A stretch of 64,000 bases of DNA, taken from contig JBOGRY010000018.1 in the NCBI GenBank assembly GCA_050749665.1, forward strand, positions 152,206-216,205, read 5' to 3'. Each line of letters starts with the position of its first letter. Position 1 is the stretch's first letter. Position numbers and translations under genes: made by a program. The notes under the pieces were generated by a model that was given only the letters and a program-made list of their open reading frames with translations, was not told where the DNA came from and ran no database searches. Origin of the DNA: Candidatus Micrarchaeaceae archaeon. GTDB lineage: Archaea; Micrarchaeota; Micrarchaeia; Micrarchaeales; Micrarchaeaceae. Shown here one piece after another: positions 52,204 through 61,781 of the stretch.

Positions 52204-52735
52204 CCATAAATTTCCTGATTTCCTCGTATAGCCTCCCCTTTACCAGTATCCTAAGCCATGGGGTATAAGCATCAGGATTGTCCTTTATCTCGCTTTTGAG
52301 GGATTTCATGCCTATCCATCTCCAGTCCTTGACCTCATCCATGTTTATCCTTGGCTTCCTGTTGTAGATCCCGAAAAGAACATGGTCGAACTCGTATTCG
52401 GTAAGGCCGCCGCCTACAGGCACATGGTATATGAAGCTAAACGCCTCGTTCAACCTGCAGCCGAATCCCATCTCCTCCATGAGTCTTCTGCGGGCCGCAT
52501 CCATTGTGCTTTCTCCCTCAAACGGGTGCGAGCAGCAGGTATTTGACCAAAGGCCCTTTGAGTGGTATTTGCTTTCTGCGCGCTGCTGCAGCATGGTCTC
52601 GCCATTTGAGTTGAAAACGAATATGGATATCGCCCTGTGCAGCTTTCCGCCATGCATATGCGCATGCATCTTGCCGTCAAGCCCTACCTCGCGGTCCTTG
52701 CTGTCCACAAGTATTACTTTCTGCTCCATGCTCAT
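52193..52735 (-). CDS. idi: Isopentenyl-diphosphate delta-isomerase, type 1 (Nudix superfamily)
   Basis: 'HRAISIFVFNSNGETMLQQRAESKYHSKGLWSNTCCSHP..GES...AARRRLMEEMG'. The 'NTCCSHP' catalytic-Cys motif is the eukaryote/IDI1-type form (E. coli: 'TNSVCGHP'). Confidence 0.85.
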   Translation of the reverse strand: MSMEQKVILVDSKDREVGLDGKMHAHMHGGKLHRAISIFVFNSNGETMLQQRAESKYHSKGLWSNTCCSHPFEGESTMDAARRRLMEEMGFGCRLNEAFSFIYHVPVGGGLTEYEFDHVLFGIYNRKPRINMDEVKDWRWIGMKSLKSEIKDNPDAYTPWLRILVKGRLYEEIRKFMDGR

Positions 52736-52736
52736 T

Positions 52737-54806
52737 CTACTCGTTATCGTGCCTTACAAACTTGACCACTCCTGTTTTCGGCCTGTAGAGGTCGCCTATC
52801 TTCTCGAGTTCGTCTAGGTACTTGTTTGTGGTTGCCTCATCTATGTTCTCCTTTGCCGCTTCCTCTATTATGCGCTGCACCCTCGCCATCCCGCCCTCGC
52901 TCTCCTCTATGCGCCTGACTATGGCGGTTATGGAATTGATCTTGTCCACTTTCTCCCTTGGCATGCCTGTAAGTATCGTGTCTATGTCCCTCCTGCCTCC
53001 CCTATCCACGGCAAGCGTCTTGAGCATGTGCTCGCTGAGGGTTATTGCCCTATCTGCATCAACAACTTCTACGATTTTGGACAGCCTCGACTTTGCGCTT
53101 GCCTCCGCCATCCTTACAAGGCCCTCTATCTGCCTGGGAGTTATGGCCACTGCGCCCTGCTTTGATCCCAATTGCCTCAGCTCAATGTAATATTCCTGTA
53201 TCCTGTCAGATGCCTCCTCGCTGAGCCTTGGGGATATCTCCTTCCTGGCGTATGCGATGTACATCCTTAGGAAATCGCTTTCCAATGGCGGCAATTCCAC
53301 CTGCTCATACTCCTGCACCTCTGCAATCTGAGCGCCCGCCGCCCGGTGCTGCGTGAGTATGTGCCTTGCTATGTTCCTGTCCTGCTCGACATCCATGTTG
53401 TCCTTTATGGGAAATATGAGATCGAACCTTGACAGCAGCGTAGGGGGTATGTCGAATTGCTCGGCAGGGTACACGTTTGAGTCAAACCTTCCGTATCTAG
53501 GGTTTGCGGCAGCGAGCACGGCAGCCCTTGCGGTGAACGTTGCCACTATGCCTGCCTTGGCAACGCTTATCGTCTGCGATTCAAGCGCCTCATGGAGCGA
53601 GGCCCTGTCGTCCTCCCCTACCTTGTCAAATTCGTCTATGGCACATACGCCCCCGCTCGCAAGAACCAGCGCACCGGCCTTCAGCGTCCATCCTCCTTCA
53701 GAGAACTCGTCCCTCTCGGCTATGGCCGTCATGCCTCCTCCTGTCACGGACTTGCCGCTGACGTATATCCCCTTGGGCACGAGCCTTGATATCGCCTGCA
53801 ATATCCTTGTCTTTGCGCTTCCGGGATCGCCTATGAGCAGTATGTGCATGTCGCTCCTTATGGCACCGCCGTCTACAAGCGCCTTGCCGGTGGTGCCGCC
53901 GAAAAGCTGCAATGCAACTGCCTGCTTTATCTCGCTGTAGCCGTATATCGACGGCACTATGGACTTCGTTATCTTCTCGAATATGTCCGGGCTCTTTGAC
54001 AGCTCTATTATCTCGCGCTCCTGCGCCTCTGTTATCGGTATGTCCGTGAACTCCTTTTGCTTGGGCTTTATCGATATCGTATCAAGGAACATCGTGTAAA
54101 GATTTCCCTCTATCTTGCCCCTGTTGTTCCTACGGGGCCTTATCCTAAGTATGCCCGTAAGCTCTATCCTATCTCCCGGTACAACAGTGTTGACAAGGTC
54201 GTCCTCTATCCATACCTCAAGCTGCCACGTCGGCGTGTTGCCGCGCAGCTTCTCAAGCGGGTCCTGCACCGCTATCTTCTGCAGGTTTATGAACATCGAC
54301 TCCTTGGCGTCGGGCTTGAGGGATCTCCTCTTGCACTGCGGGCACACTTCGGGGATGTCGTCCTTGTTTATCCTTATCTTCTGCATGTAGCCGCAGTAGG
54401 TGCATTTGTACATGCCCATCTTGACTCTAGGGTTTATCTCCGACCTCTTGACGACCAAGCCGTCAAGCAGTATCATCTTGCCTATGTACGACGATCCGAC
54501 GTCCTGGACAAGCGGGTTGTTGACCGTCTGGCCGAAGAACCTGGCATGCGGCTCCATGTCCTTGACCTCTATGTCCCCCATCTTGCCGACCAGCGATTCC
54601 GCCGCGGCCTCTATTATAGGATCGGGGTTGTCAAGGAGCTCTCCCGCAAGCTCCGGGTCGAACTTGCTGAGGTCCTTTATGTCTATGTTCAGGCTTCTCT
54701 TGTCGGGAAAGGATGTCACTATGTCGGATATGCCGTCCCTGCAATAGACGTCGAAGAAATCGTCAAACTTGATCTTTATGGAGTCCAGCGCAGCATCAGA
54801 CAACAA
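52737..54806 (-). CDS. mcm: MCM replicative helicase
   Basis: Zn finger 'CTYCGY...CPQCKRR' is present, with Walker A 'ILLIGDPGSAKT' and Walker B 'CAIDEFDK'. The arginine finger 'SRFDLIF' and a C-terminal winged helix also occur. Confidence 0.95.
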   Translation of the reverse strand: MLSDAALDSIKIKFDDFFDVYCRDGISDIVTSFPDKRSLNIDIKDLSKFDPELAGELLDNPDPIIEAAAESLVGKMGDIEVKDMEPHARFFGQTVNNPLVQDVGSSYIGKMILLDGLVVKRSEINPRVKMGMYKCTYCGYMQKIRINKDDIPEVCPQCKRRSLKPDAKESMFINLQKIAVQDPLEKLRGNTPTWQLEVWIEDDLVNTVVPGDRIELTGILRIRPRRNNRGKIEGNLYTMFLDTISIKPKQKEFTDIPITEAQEREIIELSKSPDIFEKITKSIVPSIYGYSEIKQAVALQLFGGTTGKALVDGGAIRSDMHILLIGDPGSAKTRILQAISRLVPKGIYVSGKSVTGGGMTAIAERDEFSEGGWTLKAGALVLASGGVCAIDEFDKVGEDDRASLHEALESQTISVAKAGIVATFTARAAVLAAANPRYGRFDSNVYPAEQFDIPPTLLSRFDLIFPIKDNMDVEQDRNIARHILTQHRAAGAQIAEVQEYEQVELPPLESDFLRMYIAYARKEISPRLSEEASDRIQEYYIELRQLGSKQGAVAITPRQIEGLVRMAEASAKSRLSKIVEVVDADRAITLSEHMLKTLAVDRGGRRDIDTILTGMPREKVDKINSITAIVRRIEESEGGMARVQRIIEEAAKENIDEATTNKYLDELEKIGDLYRPKTGVVKFVRHDNE

Positions 54807-54933
54807 ATCACCAAAAAACCCCCTGAAACCTAAGTTAGGTTAAAAACTAATATAAAGGTTGTAACTAAATAACATTAAGGGAACTATCCTATAAAAGCCT
54901 TTTTAAGAAGTAAGGAAATCTCATAGCAGCAAG

Positions 54934-56409
54934 GTGACCAAGATAACCAAAGGATTCTACATAACAACCCCGATATACTACGTCAACGACGCGCCGCACA
55001 TAGGCCACGCCTATACCACAATAGCCGCCGATATAATAGCAAGGTGGCACAGGCTCAAAGGCGAGGACGTGTTCTTTTTGACCGGGACGGACGAGCACGG
55101 TGAGAAGATAGAAAAGGCGGCTATCGCTGCAGGGAAAACGCCGCAGGAATTTGTCGATAAAATAGTAACGCAGTACAAAGATGCATGGAAGGAATTGAAC
55201 ATCTCATACAATCATTTCATAAGGACGACCGATCCTAAGCACATCGAAGAGGTATCCCTATTTATGAAGAAGCTTGTCTCAAACGGCGATGTGTACGAAG
55301 GAGAATACGAGGGATGGTATTGCGTCCCGGACGAGACATTCTTTACTGATATACAAGTTATAAATGGAAAATGCCCGGAGTGTGGGAGAGAGGTTATCAG
55401 ACTAAAGGAGAGCACGCATTTCTTCAAATTGAGCGCCTACCAAGGCAGGCTTATCGAACTGTACAAGACAAATCCTGACTTCCTTTCGCCGAAGTCGAGA
55501 TCAGAGGAAATAATAAACAGGGTAAATGAGGGGCTTAAGGACATCAGCATAAGCAGGGCAACAGTGAAATGGGGCGTTCCATTCGGCAGCGGCCATACCT
55601 TATATGTGTGGATCGATGCCCTATTGAATTATATAACAGCACTTGGCTGGCCGGACGGGGAGAAATTCAAGGCTTTCTGGCCTGCAGACATACACGTTGT
55701 GGGAAAGGAAATAAACTGGTTCCATTCCGTGATATGGCCCGCAATGCTGCTATCTGCAAATGTGGAACCGCCAAAGAAGGTGTTTGCGCATGGATGGTGG
55801 ACAGTTGAGGGCAAGAAGATGAGCAAGTCGCTCCAGAATTTCATAGACCCGCTAGAGATAACCAAAAAATATTCGGTAGACGCGCTAAGGTACTTCCTCA
55901 TAAAGGAAATGCCATTCGGCTACGACGGCGATTTCTCGGAATCGGCGCTGAAGGAGAAAATAAACAGCGAGCTTGTCGGCGACATCGGGAACCTGGTGAA
56001 TAGAGTACTTACGCTTGCAGAGAATTCAAAGCAGACAAGCTTTACTGGCAAAAATGAACTTGAGGCGAAAGTGAATATCCTGAATATACAAGATAGGATG
56101 GAAAGGATAGAGCTGTACACCGCGCTGGATGGGATAATGGGTTTCGTAAGGCAATGCAACAAGTACATTAATGACAAAAAGCCATGGGCGCTAAAAGGCA
56201 TGGAGCTCGAAGAGGTGCTCTACAATCTTCTGGAGTCGATAAGAGTAATCTCTATTTTGCTCTACCCGTTCATACCTGCCACCTCGGAAAAGATATTCGA
56301 GAAACTCGGCACTGATAAATCTCTCCCGAACCTGGCAAACTGCAAGTTCAGGCAATCCTTCGATGGCAAGTTGACAAAAGGCGGCTTGCTCTTCAAAAAA
56401 GTTGAATAA
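54934..56409 (+). CDS. metG: Methionine--tRNA ligase (core enzyme, lacking the C-terminal tRNA-binding domain)
   Basis: 'FYITTPIYYVNDAPHIGHAYT' (HIGH), 'KMSKSLQNF' (KMSKS) and the Zn knuckle 'CPECGRE' are present. A GTG start is implied. Confidence 0.9.
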   Translation: MTKITKGFYITTPIYYVNDAPHIGHAYTTIAADIIARWHRLKGEDVFFLTGTDEHGEKIEKAAIAAGKTPQEFVDKIVTQYKDAWKELNISYNHFIRTTDPKHIEEVSLFMKKLVSNGDVYEGEYEGWYCVPDETFFTDIQVINGKCPECGREVIRLKESTHFFKLSAYQGRLIELYKTNPDFLSPKSRSEEIINRVNEGLKDISISRATVKWGVPFGSGHTLYVWIDALLNYITALGWPDGEKFKAFWPADIHVVGKEINWFHSVIWPAMLLSANVEPPKKVFAHGWWTVEGKKMSKSLQNFIDPLEITKKYSVDALRYFLIKEMPFGYDGDFSESALKEKINSELVGDIGNLVNRVLTLAENSKQTSFTGKNELEAKVNILNIQDRMERIELYTALDGIMGFVRQCNKYINDKKPWALKGMELEEVLYNLLESIRVISILLYPFIPATSEKIFEKLGTDKSLPNLANCKFRQSFDGKLTKGGLLFKKVE

Positions 56410-56763
56410 TCATCTTATAACGCTTCCCGGGGGAAGCTCCCTATCAGGCCTTAATACCGAGACATTAGTCCCGTCATCGGCCGCAAGAAGCATGCCCTCC
56501 GATAAAGTATTCGCGACCATTTTCGGCTCGAGGTTCGTGACAACGACGATAAGCGTGTTTAACAGCTCCTCCTTCTTATAATGGTCCCTCAACCCGGCAA
56601 CGAGCGTCCTTGTCCCTAGCTCTCCCAAATCCACCCTGAGCTTGTACATGGGCTTTCTTCCGCTGTCGAGATCATCTATTTCAACTATCCTGCCTACTCT
56701 TAGCCCAAATGAGCCGAATTCGTCTATGGATGGCATAAGATCACGCGCCTTGTCATACGCCAA
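56410..56763 (-). CDS. Stand-alone tRNA-binding domain protein (Trbp111/CsaA/EMAP-II-like OB fold)
   Basis: 'GLRVGRIVEIDD....KPMYKLRVDLGELGTRTLVAGL...Y..EEL....IVVVTNLEPKMVANTLSEGMLLAA' matches the MetRS C-terminal / Trbp111 domain. Confidence 0.75.
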   Translation of the reverse strand: MAYDKARDLMPSIDEFGSFGLRVGRIVEIDDLDSGRKPMYKLRVDLGELGTRTLVAGLRDHYKKEELLNTLIVVVTNLEPKMVANTLSEGMLLAADDGTNVSVLRPDRELPPGSVIR

Positions 56764-57364
56764 AGTTCTTCCTCAAAACCTCAAGGGATTTCCTGGCAAC
56801 TACGAGCTTTGGCGGCGGGTCGCAATACTTACCGTTATTGCTGTAGTCAATATACGATACGCTGGCCTCATATATTGCGTCATCGCAGCTCTGTAACAGC
56901 CTTAGCTGCACTGCCCTGTACGCTGTCCTGTCTATGCGGCCTTTCAGAATTATAGCATGGCTGTACTTTATGTACGCGTCGATAAGCATATCCGTCCTAT
57001 CCTGGCAGTTGCCCCACAGGCCCGCCCTCCCCACCAGCTCGTCGCCGTGCGCATGCATCTCCATAGACGCACGCAGCAGGAGCATGTTTTCCCTCTGCCT
57101 GTCGCCAAGACTATATATATTCTTGTAGGCCTTTAGGTACAAATTTACCGAGCCATTGTGGTCGCCTTCGTATTCGTGTACATAAGCCCTTTGCTCTTGG
57201 ATCTCAGACCTCATTACTCTGTACTGATTTATTGCGCTCCTCGTCTTTGCCCTAAGCCTTTCGGGTACGGTGCGCAGGAACATGCCCGCATTTACTCTGC
57301 TACGTCCGCGCGCTTCGGTGCCGTTTCCCTCAGAGCTGCTGCTTTCCATGTTCCGATAAGCCAT
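56753..57364 (-). CDS. Hypothetical protein (203 aa)
   Basis: Start placed at 'MAYRNMESSS', about 30 nt downstream of the reverse-strand TATA 'TTTATATATTATAT' (57393-57406). This implies a leaderless transcript. No motif recognised. Confidence 0.4.
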   Translation of the reverse strand: MAYRNMESSSSEGNGTEARGRSRVNAGMFLRTVPERLRAKTRSAINQYRVMRSEIQEQRAYVHEYEGDHNGSVNLYLKAYKNIYSLGDRQRENMLLLRASMEMHAHGDELVGRAGLWGNCQDRTDMLIDAYIKYSHAIILKGRIDRTAYRAVQLRLLQSCDDAIYEASVSYIDYSNNGKYCDPPPKLVVARKSLEVLRKNFGV

Positions 57365-57551
57365 CCTATCACTGATAGTAATATGTGTTTCATATAATAT
57401 ATAAAGAATACCGTTCGGTGCAGCCGCCGGAGCCGATGTCCTACCGGGGCAAGGATTAATAAACCATATAAACAAAGCATATATGTCCTTGGAAATCCGA
57501 TATAATCGGGTCCATGGAGTCTATTTACATACGAGTGATGCAATGAGCCAA

Positions 57552-57944
57552 ATGGGCATACAAATGCACGTGAAGTCCGATACGAAGAAATCCGGCAACG
57601 GCAGGAGGAAGGTCAAGATACGCGACAGGAGGAGAAGCGAAACCGGCAACTACTTCTCAGCGACAAAGCTCGCCGATTCCAACGCGAACCAGAGCATAAG
57701 GCGCCGCGGCGGCACCATGGCAGTCAGGCTGAAGAAGGCGGCGGTCGTAAACCTGCTCACGAAGGACGGATACAAGAAGGCGAAGATAACCAGCATACTG
57801 GAATCGAAGGACAACAGGAACTTCGCCAGGCAGAAAATAATAACAAAGGGCAGCATATTAGTGACAGAACTGGGCAACGCAGTCGTTACCAACAGGCCAG
57901 GAAGGGAAGGCAGCATAAACGCCAAGCTCGTGAAGGTGCAGTAG
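57552..57944 (+). CDS. rps8e: Ribosomal protein eS8 (S8e)
   Basis: 'MGIQMHVKSDTKKSGNGRRK' parallels the S8e N-terminus (MGIWQGRS.RK.TGG). '...RRGGTMAVRLKKAAVVN' and 'INAKLV' are also present. SD-like GAGTGATG lies upstream. Alternative ATGs are at 57543 and 57483. Confidence 0.8.
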   Translation: MGIQMHVKSDTKKSGNGRRKVKIRDRRRSETGNYFSATKLADSNANQSIRRRGGTMAVRLKKAAVVNLLTKDGYKKAKITSILESKDNRNFARQKIITKGSILVTELGNAVVTNRPGREGSINAKLVKVQ

Positions 57945-58403
57945 TTGCCTGCAAGAGTATACGAGTGCGACAGGTCCGAAACCGAGGGCCTAAAGAAGGT
58001 ACTTGCATACGATCCCTATCTTGATACCAGCATAATACCCCAACCAAAGGGGGACAAGGACCTAAGCAAGATGTCCGATGAGGAAAAAAGGCAGGACAAG
58101 GAGCGCGAGGAGCAGGTAGAAAAGAGCCTCAAGGAGCTGTCGACAAGTTTAAAGGGCAGAATCATATTCTCAAGGCAGGAATACAGCCTTAGGGATGGAG
58201 CGTCACTGGGCCTGAAGGATAACGTGAGCTACTTATATCTCAATGCGACTGACGACTTCCTGAAAGGGGCTGAGGAGCGCTTTAGAACCGAATTTAAGAC
58301 CATAAAAAGGGCAAGCCCCGAAGACGAACAGAAGGTAATCAATGCGATAAAGGAGGAAGAGGAAAGGGCCAATGCAGGGTTTGGATCCATATTCGGTGGT
58401 TAG
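57945..58403 (+). CDS. Hypothetical acidic/charged protein (152 aa or shorter)
   Basis: The ORF abuts rps8e and the transcarbamylase gene. The TTG start is uncertain, and an internal ATG gives 'MSDEEKRQDKE'. No motif recognised. Confidence 0.35.
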   Translation: MPARVYECDRSETEGLKKVLAYDPYLDTSIIPQPKGDKDLSKMSDEEKRQDKEREEQVEKSLKELSTSLKGRIIFSRQEYSLRDGASLGLKDNVSYLYLNATDDFLKGAEERFRTEFKTIKRASPEDEQKVINAIKEEEERANAGFGSIFGG

Positions 58404-59297
58404 ATGAACCTGCTCAGCTCCGTAGACCTCTCGAAGAACGATATAAACGACATATTCAAGCTTGCGGATTCTCTGGCTGACGGTTCGCAGGAACTGGCGC
58501 TTAAGGAGCATGCCGCTGTGGCGATATTCTTCGAGGAACCGTCTACGCGCACGAGAGTGTCATTCGAAGTCGCGACTGCGCAGCTCGGCGGCACTCCAAT
58601 ATACATAGATGCGCACTCATCCCAAAGGGCGCGCGGCGAGGAGCTTGCGGACACTGCAAAGGTGCTGAGCCTGTATTGCGACTTCATAGCAGTAAGGATA
58701 AACAGCCATGACAGCCTGCTGACAATGGCAGACAACGCCAGCATACCTGTGATAAATGCGCTTACCTCCCTTGAGCACCCGACGCAGGCGCTTGCCGACT
58801 GCTATACAATACTCAAGAAGAAGGGCGACCTCGGCAAGCTGAAGATTGCGTTCATAGGAGACGTAGCACAGAACACGACGAACTCGCTGATGATGACTGC
58901 TGTGAAACTCGGTGCAAGCATATCGCTGGTTGGGCCAAAGGAATGCAAGCCCAACGCCCTGTACTTCAACAGGTCAAGGGAATACGGCGAAGTGAGCGTG
59001 CACGACTCCATAAGCGAGGGCCTCAGCGGCGCCGATGTCATATATACCGATACTTTCGTGAGCATGGGCGACGAGGCGGATGCGGCAGCCCGCAGAAAGA
59101 TGTTCGCCCCATACCAGCTCAACAAGGAGGCGCTGTCGTACGCAAAGGGCGATGCCGTGGTCATGCACCCTCTGCCTGCGCACAGGGGTGAGGAGATAAC
59201 GGCGGATGTGATAGACGGGAAGCGCAGCATAGTGTGGGACCAGGCGGCGAACAAGCTACTTCTGGAAAAGGCCGTTCTCCTTTACCTCTCGGGGTAA
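58404..59297 (+). CDS. argF: Ornithine carbamoyltransferase-like transcarbamylase (variant HPLP motif)
   Basis: 'EPSTRTRVSFE' (carbamoyl-phosphate site), 'LEHPTQALAD' and 'YTDTFVSMGDE' (OTC-type DxxxSMG loop) are present. 'VMHPLPAHRGEEI' replaces the usual OTC 'HCLPAHRxEE'. Confidence 0.7.
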   Translation: MNLLSSVDLSKNDINDIFKLADSLADGSQELALKEHAAVAIFFEEPSTRTRVSFEVATAQLGGTPIYIDAHSSQRARGEELADTAKVLSLYCDFIAVRINSHDSLLTMADNASIPVINALTSLEHPTQALADCYTILKKKGDLGKLKIAFIGDVAQNTTNSLMMTAVKLGASISLVGPKECKPNALYFNRSREYGEVSVHDSISEGLSGADVIYTDTFVSMGDEADAAARRKMFAPYQLNKEALSYAKGDAVVMHPLPAHRGEEITADVIDGKRSIVWDQAANKLLLEKAVLLYLSG

Positions 59298-59334
59298 GCT
59301 AACCTATATATTCCTTTAAGGAGATGATAAGAGC

Positions 59335-59982
59335 ATGGACCTGATCGCCAAGGTTGTCGTGATAGTGATAGTGCTGATAGTAGCGCTAAGCATAGCATTC
59401 TTCCTTATGAAGCCTTCAGGGCAGAGTGCGCCTATCACCGCGTCGCAGGCAGTGCAGACGGTACTTAACGACATAAAGGAATCCAACCCGGGGGCAAACG
59501 TCACGGTGCTTAGCGTGTCCAACTCGACGATAGAAAACAACAGCTACAACATAACGCTTAGCATAGTGTACAACGCGACAAGGCCATGCCCTACCCTTTT
59601 CATAGAGAGGTTCAACTACCCTGCAACAGGCCTTATCCCATACAACACCAACGTGTGGACGCAGGGGCAGTGCATAATAAGCAACCTGAACAACAACCCC
59701 CCCACATATGTGATAAGCTCCCCATACATAGCCATAGCGAGGTCGTACAACCAAAGCATAAAGTACAACATAACGCAGATAACCTATTTCGTAAGCAAAT
59801 ACGGGTACAACAATACTGTAGTGACGGCAAAGCTGTACCCTGAGCTGTACAGCAACTACACCGGCCTTAGCGAGAACTTCTCCAACGTATGGCTCGTAAA
59901 GTACAGCACGTTAGGGGAAAACTATTCCGCCTATGCAGTGATTGGACCTTCCGGCAGCGTCATCGCGAACTACACGAAATAA
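59335..59982 (+). CDS. Membrane-anchored extracellular protein, sequon-rich, unknown function
   Basis: The N-terminal anchor is 'VVVIVIVLIVALSIAFFL'. Many N-x-S/T sites are present. Confidence 0.5.
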   Translation: MDLIAKVVVIVIVLIVALSIAFFLMKPSGQSAPITASQAVQTVLNDIKESNPGANVTVLSVSNSTIENNSYNITLSIVYNATRPCPTLFIERFNYPATGLIPYNTNVWTQGQCIISNLNNNPPTYVISSPYIAIARSYNQSIKYNITQITYFVSKYGYNNTVVTAKLYPELYSNYTGLSENFSNVWLVKYSTLGENYSAYAVIGPSGSVIANYTK

Positions 59983-60480
59983 TCAGACAAGGCCCTTGCC
60001 GTGGAAGAACAGATACGCTATCGCCATTGCCACAAAGAATATCGCAACGGGCACGTATATAGGTAAGAACAGGCTTGTGAAAAGCGGCAGTGCCGTGAGA
60101 TAGAACACAAGGAACGCATATGCGCTCGCATGCGATGTGCGCCCTCTGATTATCCTAATGTAGGTCACGGTACCGCCGATTACGGCTATAGCCGACCAGC
60201 CTATGAACAGGAATATCAACTGCATGTACACCGCGGCGCCGTATACAAGGCATATGTCTATGATGAATGCGACGAAGCTTACTGCTACGAAGTCGACGAG
60301 GCCTATCTGCGGCTCGTACATGTCGAGCGGGCCGCCGCGCGCTTTCCTTGCCCGGCCTTTTACAGTCGATATCTTGACGGCCTCTTCCACATAGTCTACT
60401 TGCCTGCCGTTATCATCCATCAGATCAGTGATATAGCTGTCAACAATTCTATAAAAACTTTTTCTCCCAGCGCCATCCAT
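59983..60480 (-). CDS. Hypothetical integral membrane protein (165 aa)
   Basis: Three or four hydrophobic helices are present in the C-terminal two thirds. It is convergent with, and abuts, the preceding gene. Confidence 0.45.
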   Translation of the reverse strand: MDGAGRKSFYRIVDSYITDLMDDNGRQVDYVEEAVKISTVKGRARKARGGPLDMYEPQIGLVDFVAVSFVAFIIDICLVYGAAVYMQLIFLFIGWSAIAVIGGTVTYIRIIRGRTSHASAYAFLVFYLTALPLFTSLFLPIYVPVAIFFVAMAIAYLFFHGKGLV

Positions 60481-60651
60481 GCATCCGACGCACCGGCATT
60501 CTTACAATGATAAACATATATATATTAAAGTAAATAGAAGTATATTCAGCGTTAAGGTTATTCCGCGCAAAACCGCGTACTACTCCTAATACAGCAAAAA
60601 ACAAAAAGCTTTTAAAGCTTATCAGGGCAACATAAAAATAAGGCGATCAAG

Positions 60652-61713
60652 ATGACCGATATGATACACGACGTATTCGGGGGACAGACGACGGAATCCA
60701 ACGCGGCTGAGGACTTCAGCTCGACACAGATAAAGATAATTACGGCAGGGTTCGGCGGGGCAGGATGCAACATAGTGAACAGGCTTCTTAAAGTGGGAGT
60801 TAAGGGAACTGAATTCGTTGCAGTTAACACTGACGCTCAACACTTCAAGATAATAGACGACCGGATAAAGAAGGTGCTCATAGGGAGGACGCTAACCAAG
60901 GGATTGGGAGCAGGCGGCGACCCGGTAATGGGTGCCAAGGCGGCAGAGGTAGACAGGAACCTTCTCGAGGCTGTGTTCCACGACACGCAGCTCGTATTCC
61001 TGTGCTGCGGTATGGGAGGAGGGACAGGCACAGGCTCGATAACAGTTGCCGCACAGATAGCAAAAGAACAAGGCGCCATAGTCGTAGCAATGGTAACATA
61101 TCCGTTCGATTTGGAAAGGGTAAGGAAAGTCAAGGCCGAAGAGGGCATACAGCGACTTAGGAAGTACTGCGACAGCGTCATAATACTGGACAACAACCGA
61201 TTGGTGAAGCTGGTTCCGAACCTTCCTATGAACGATGCGTTCGCATTGGCGGACGAGGTGCTTGCAAAGGCAATAGGCGGACTGGTATGGACGATAACAC
61301 AGCCCAGCCTGATCAACATAGACTTCGCTGACGTAAGGTCCATAATGGGCAACGGAGGAGTAGGATTCATAGCTGTTGGCTCAGGAAGAGGAAACAACAA
61401 GGTAGAAGCCGCATCCGAAGGGGTCTTGAAGAACAAGCTCCTTGACGTTGACTTTGAGGGCGCAGAAGGTGCACTGATACACATATCTGGAGGGGCATCG
61501 CTCACGATAGGCGACGCGATAAGGGCCGGAGAGGTAATATCAGAGAAGATGGACCCGAACAGCAACGTAAAGTGGGGCGCAAGGCTCATGCCAGGGTACG
61601 AGGACCAAATTGAGATAGTCGCGATAGTGACCGGTGTCAAGGGTTCGAGTATAGTCGGCAAAATGGATGAGAGGAAGCCTACGGCCTACGACGGCCTTGA
61701 AATGGTAGGCTAA
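60652..61713 (+). CDS. ftsZ: Cell division protein FtsZ (paralog B)
   Basis: 'GFGGAGCNIVNRL', 'LTKGLGAGGDPVMG', 'CGMGGGTGTGSITVAAQIA', 'VTYPFDLERVR' and 'NIDFADVRS' are present. Confidence 0.9.
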   Translation: MTDMIHDVFGGQTTESNAAEDFSSTQIKIITAGFGGAGCNIVNRLLKVGVKGTEFVAVNTDAQHFKIIDDRIKKVLIGRTLTKGLGAGGDPVMGAKAAEVDRNLLEAVFHDTQLVFLCCGMGGGTGTGSITVAAQIAKEQGAIVVAMVTYPFDLERVRKVKAEEGIQRLRKYCDSVIILDNNRLVKLVPNLPMNDAFALADEVLAKAIGGLVWTITQPSLINIDFADVRSIMGNGGVGFIAVGSGRGNNKVEAASEGVLKNKLLDVDFEGAEGALIHISGGASLTIGDAIRAGEVISEKMDPNSNVKWGARLMPGYEDQIEIVAIVTGVKGSSIVGKMDERKPTAYDGLEMVG

Positions 61714-61781
61714 CCCCCTACCTTTTTATTTTTTGGCTTTTTTATATTCTTGATTTTACTTTAACGTTTAAGGTGGACCAA

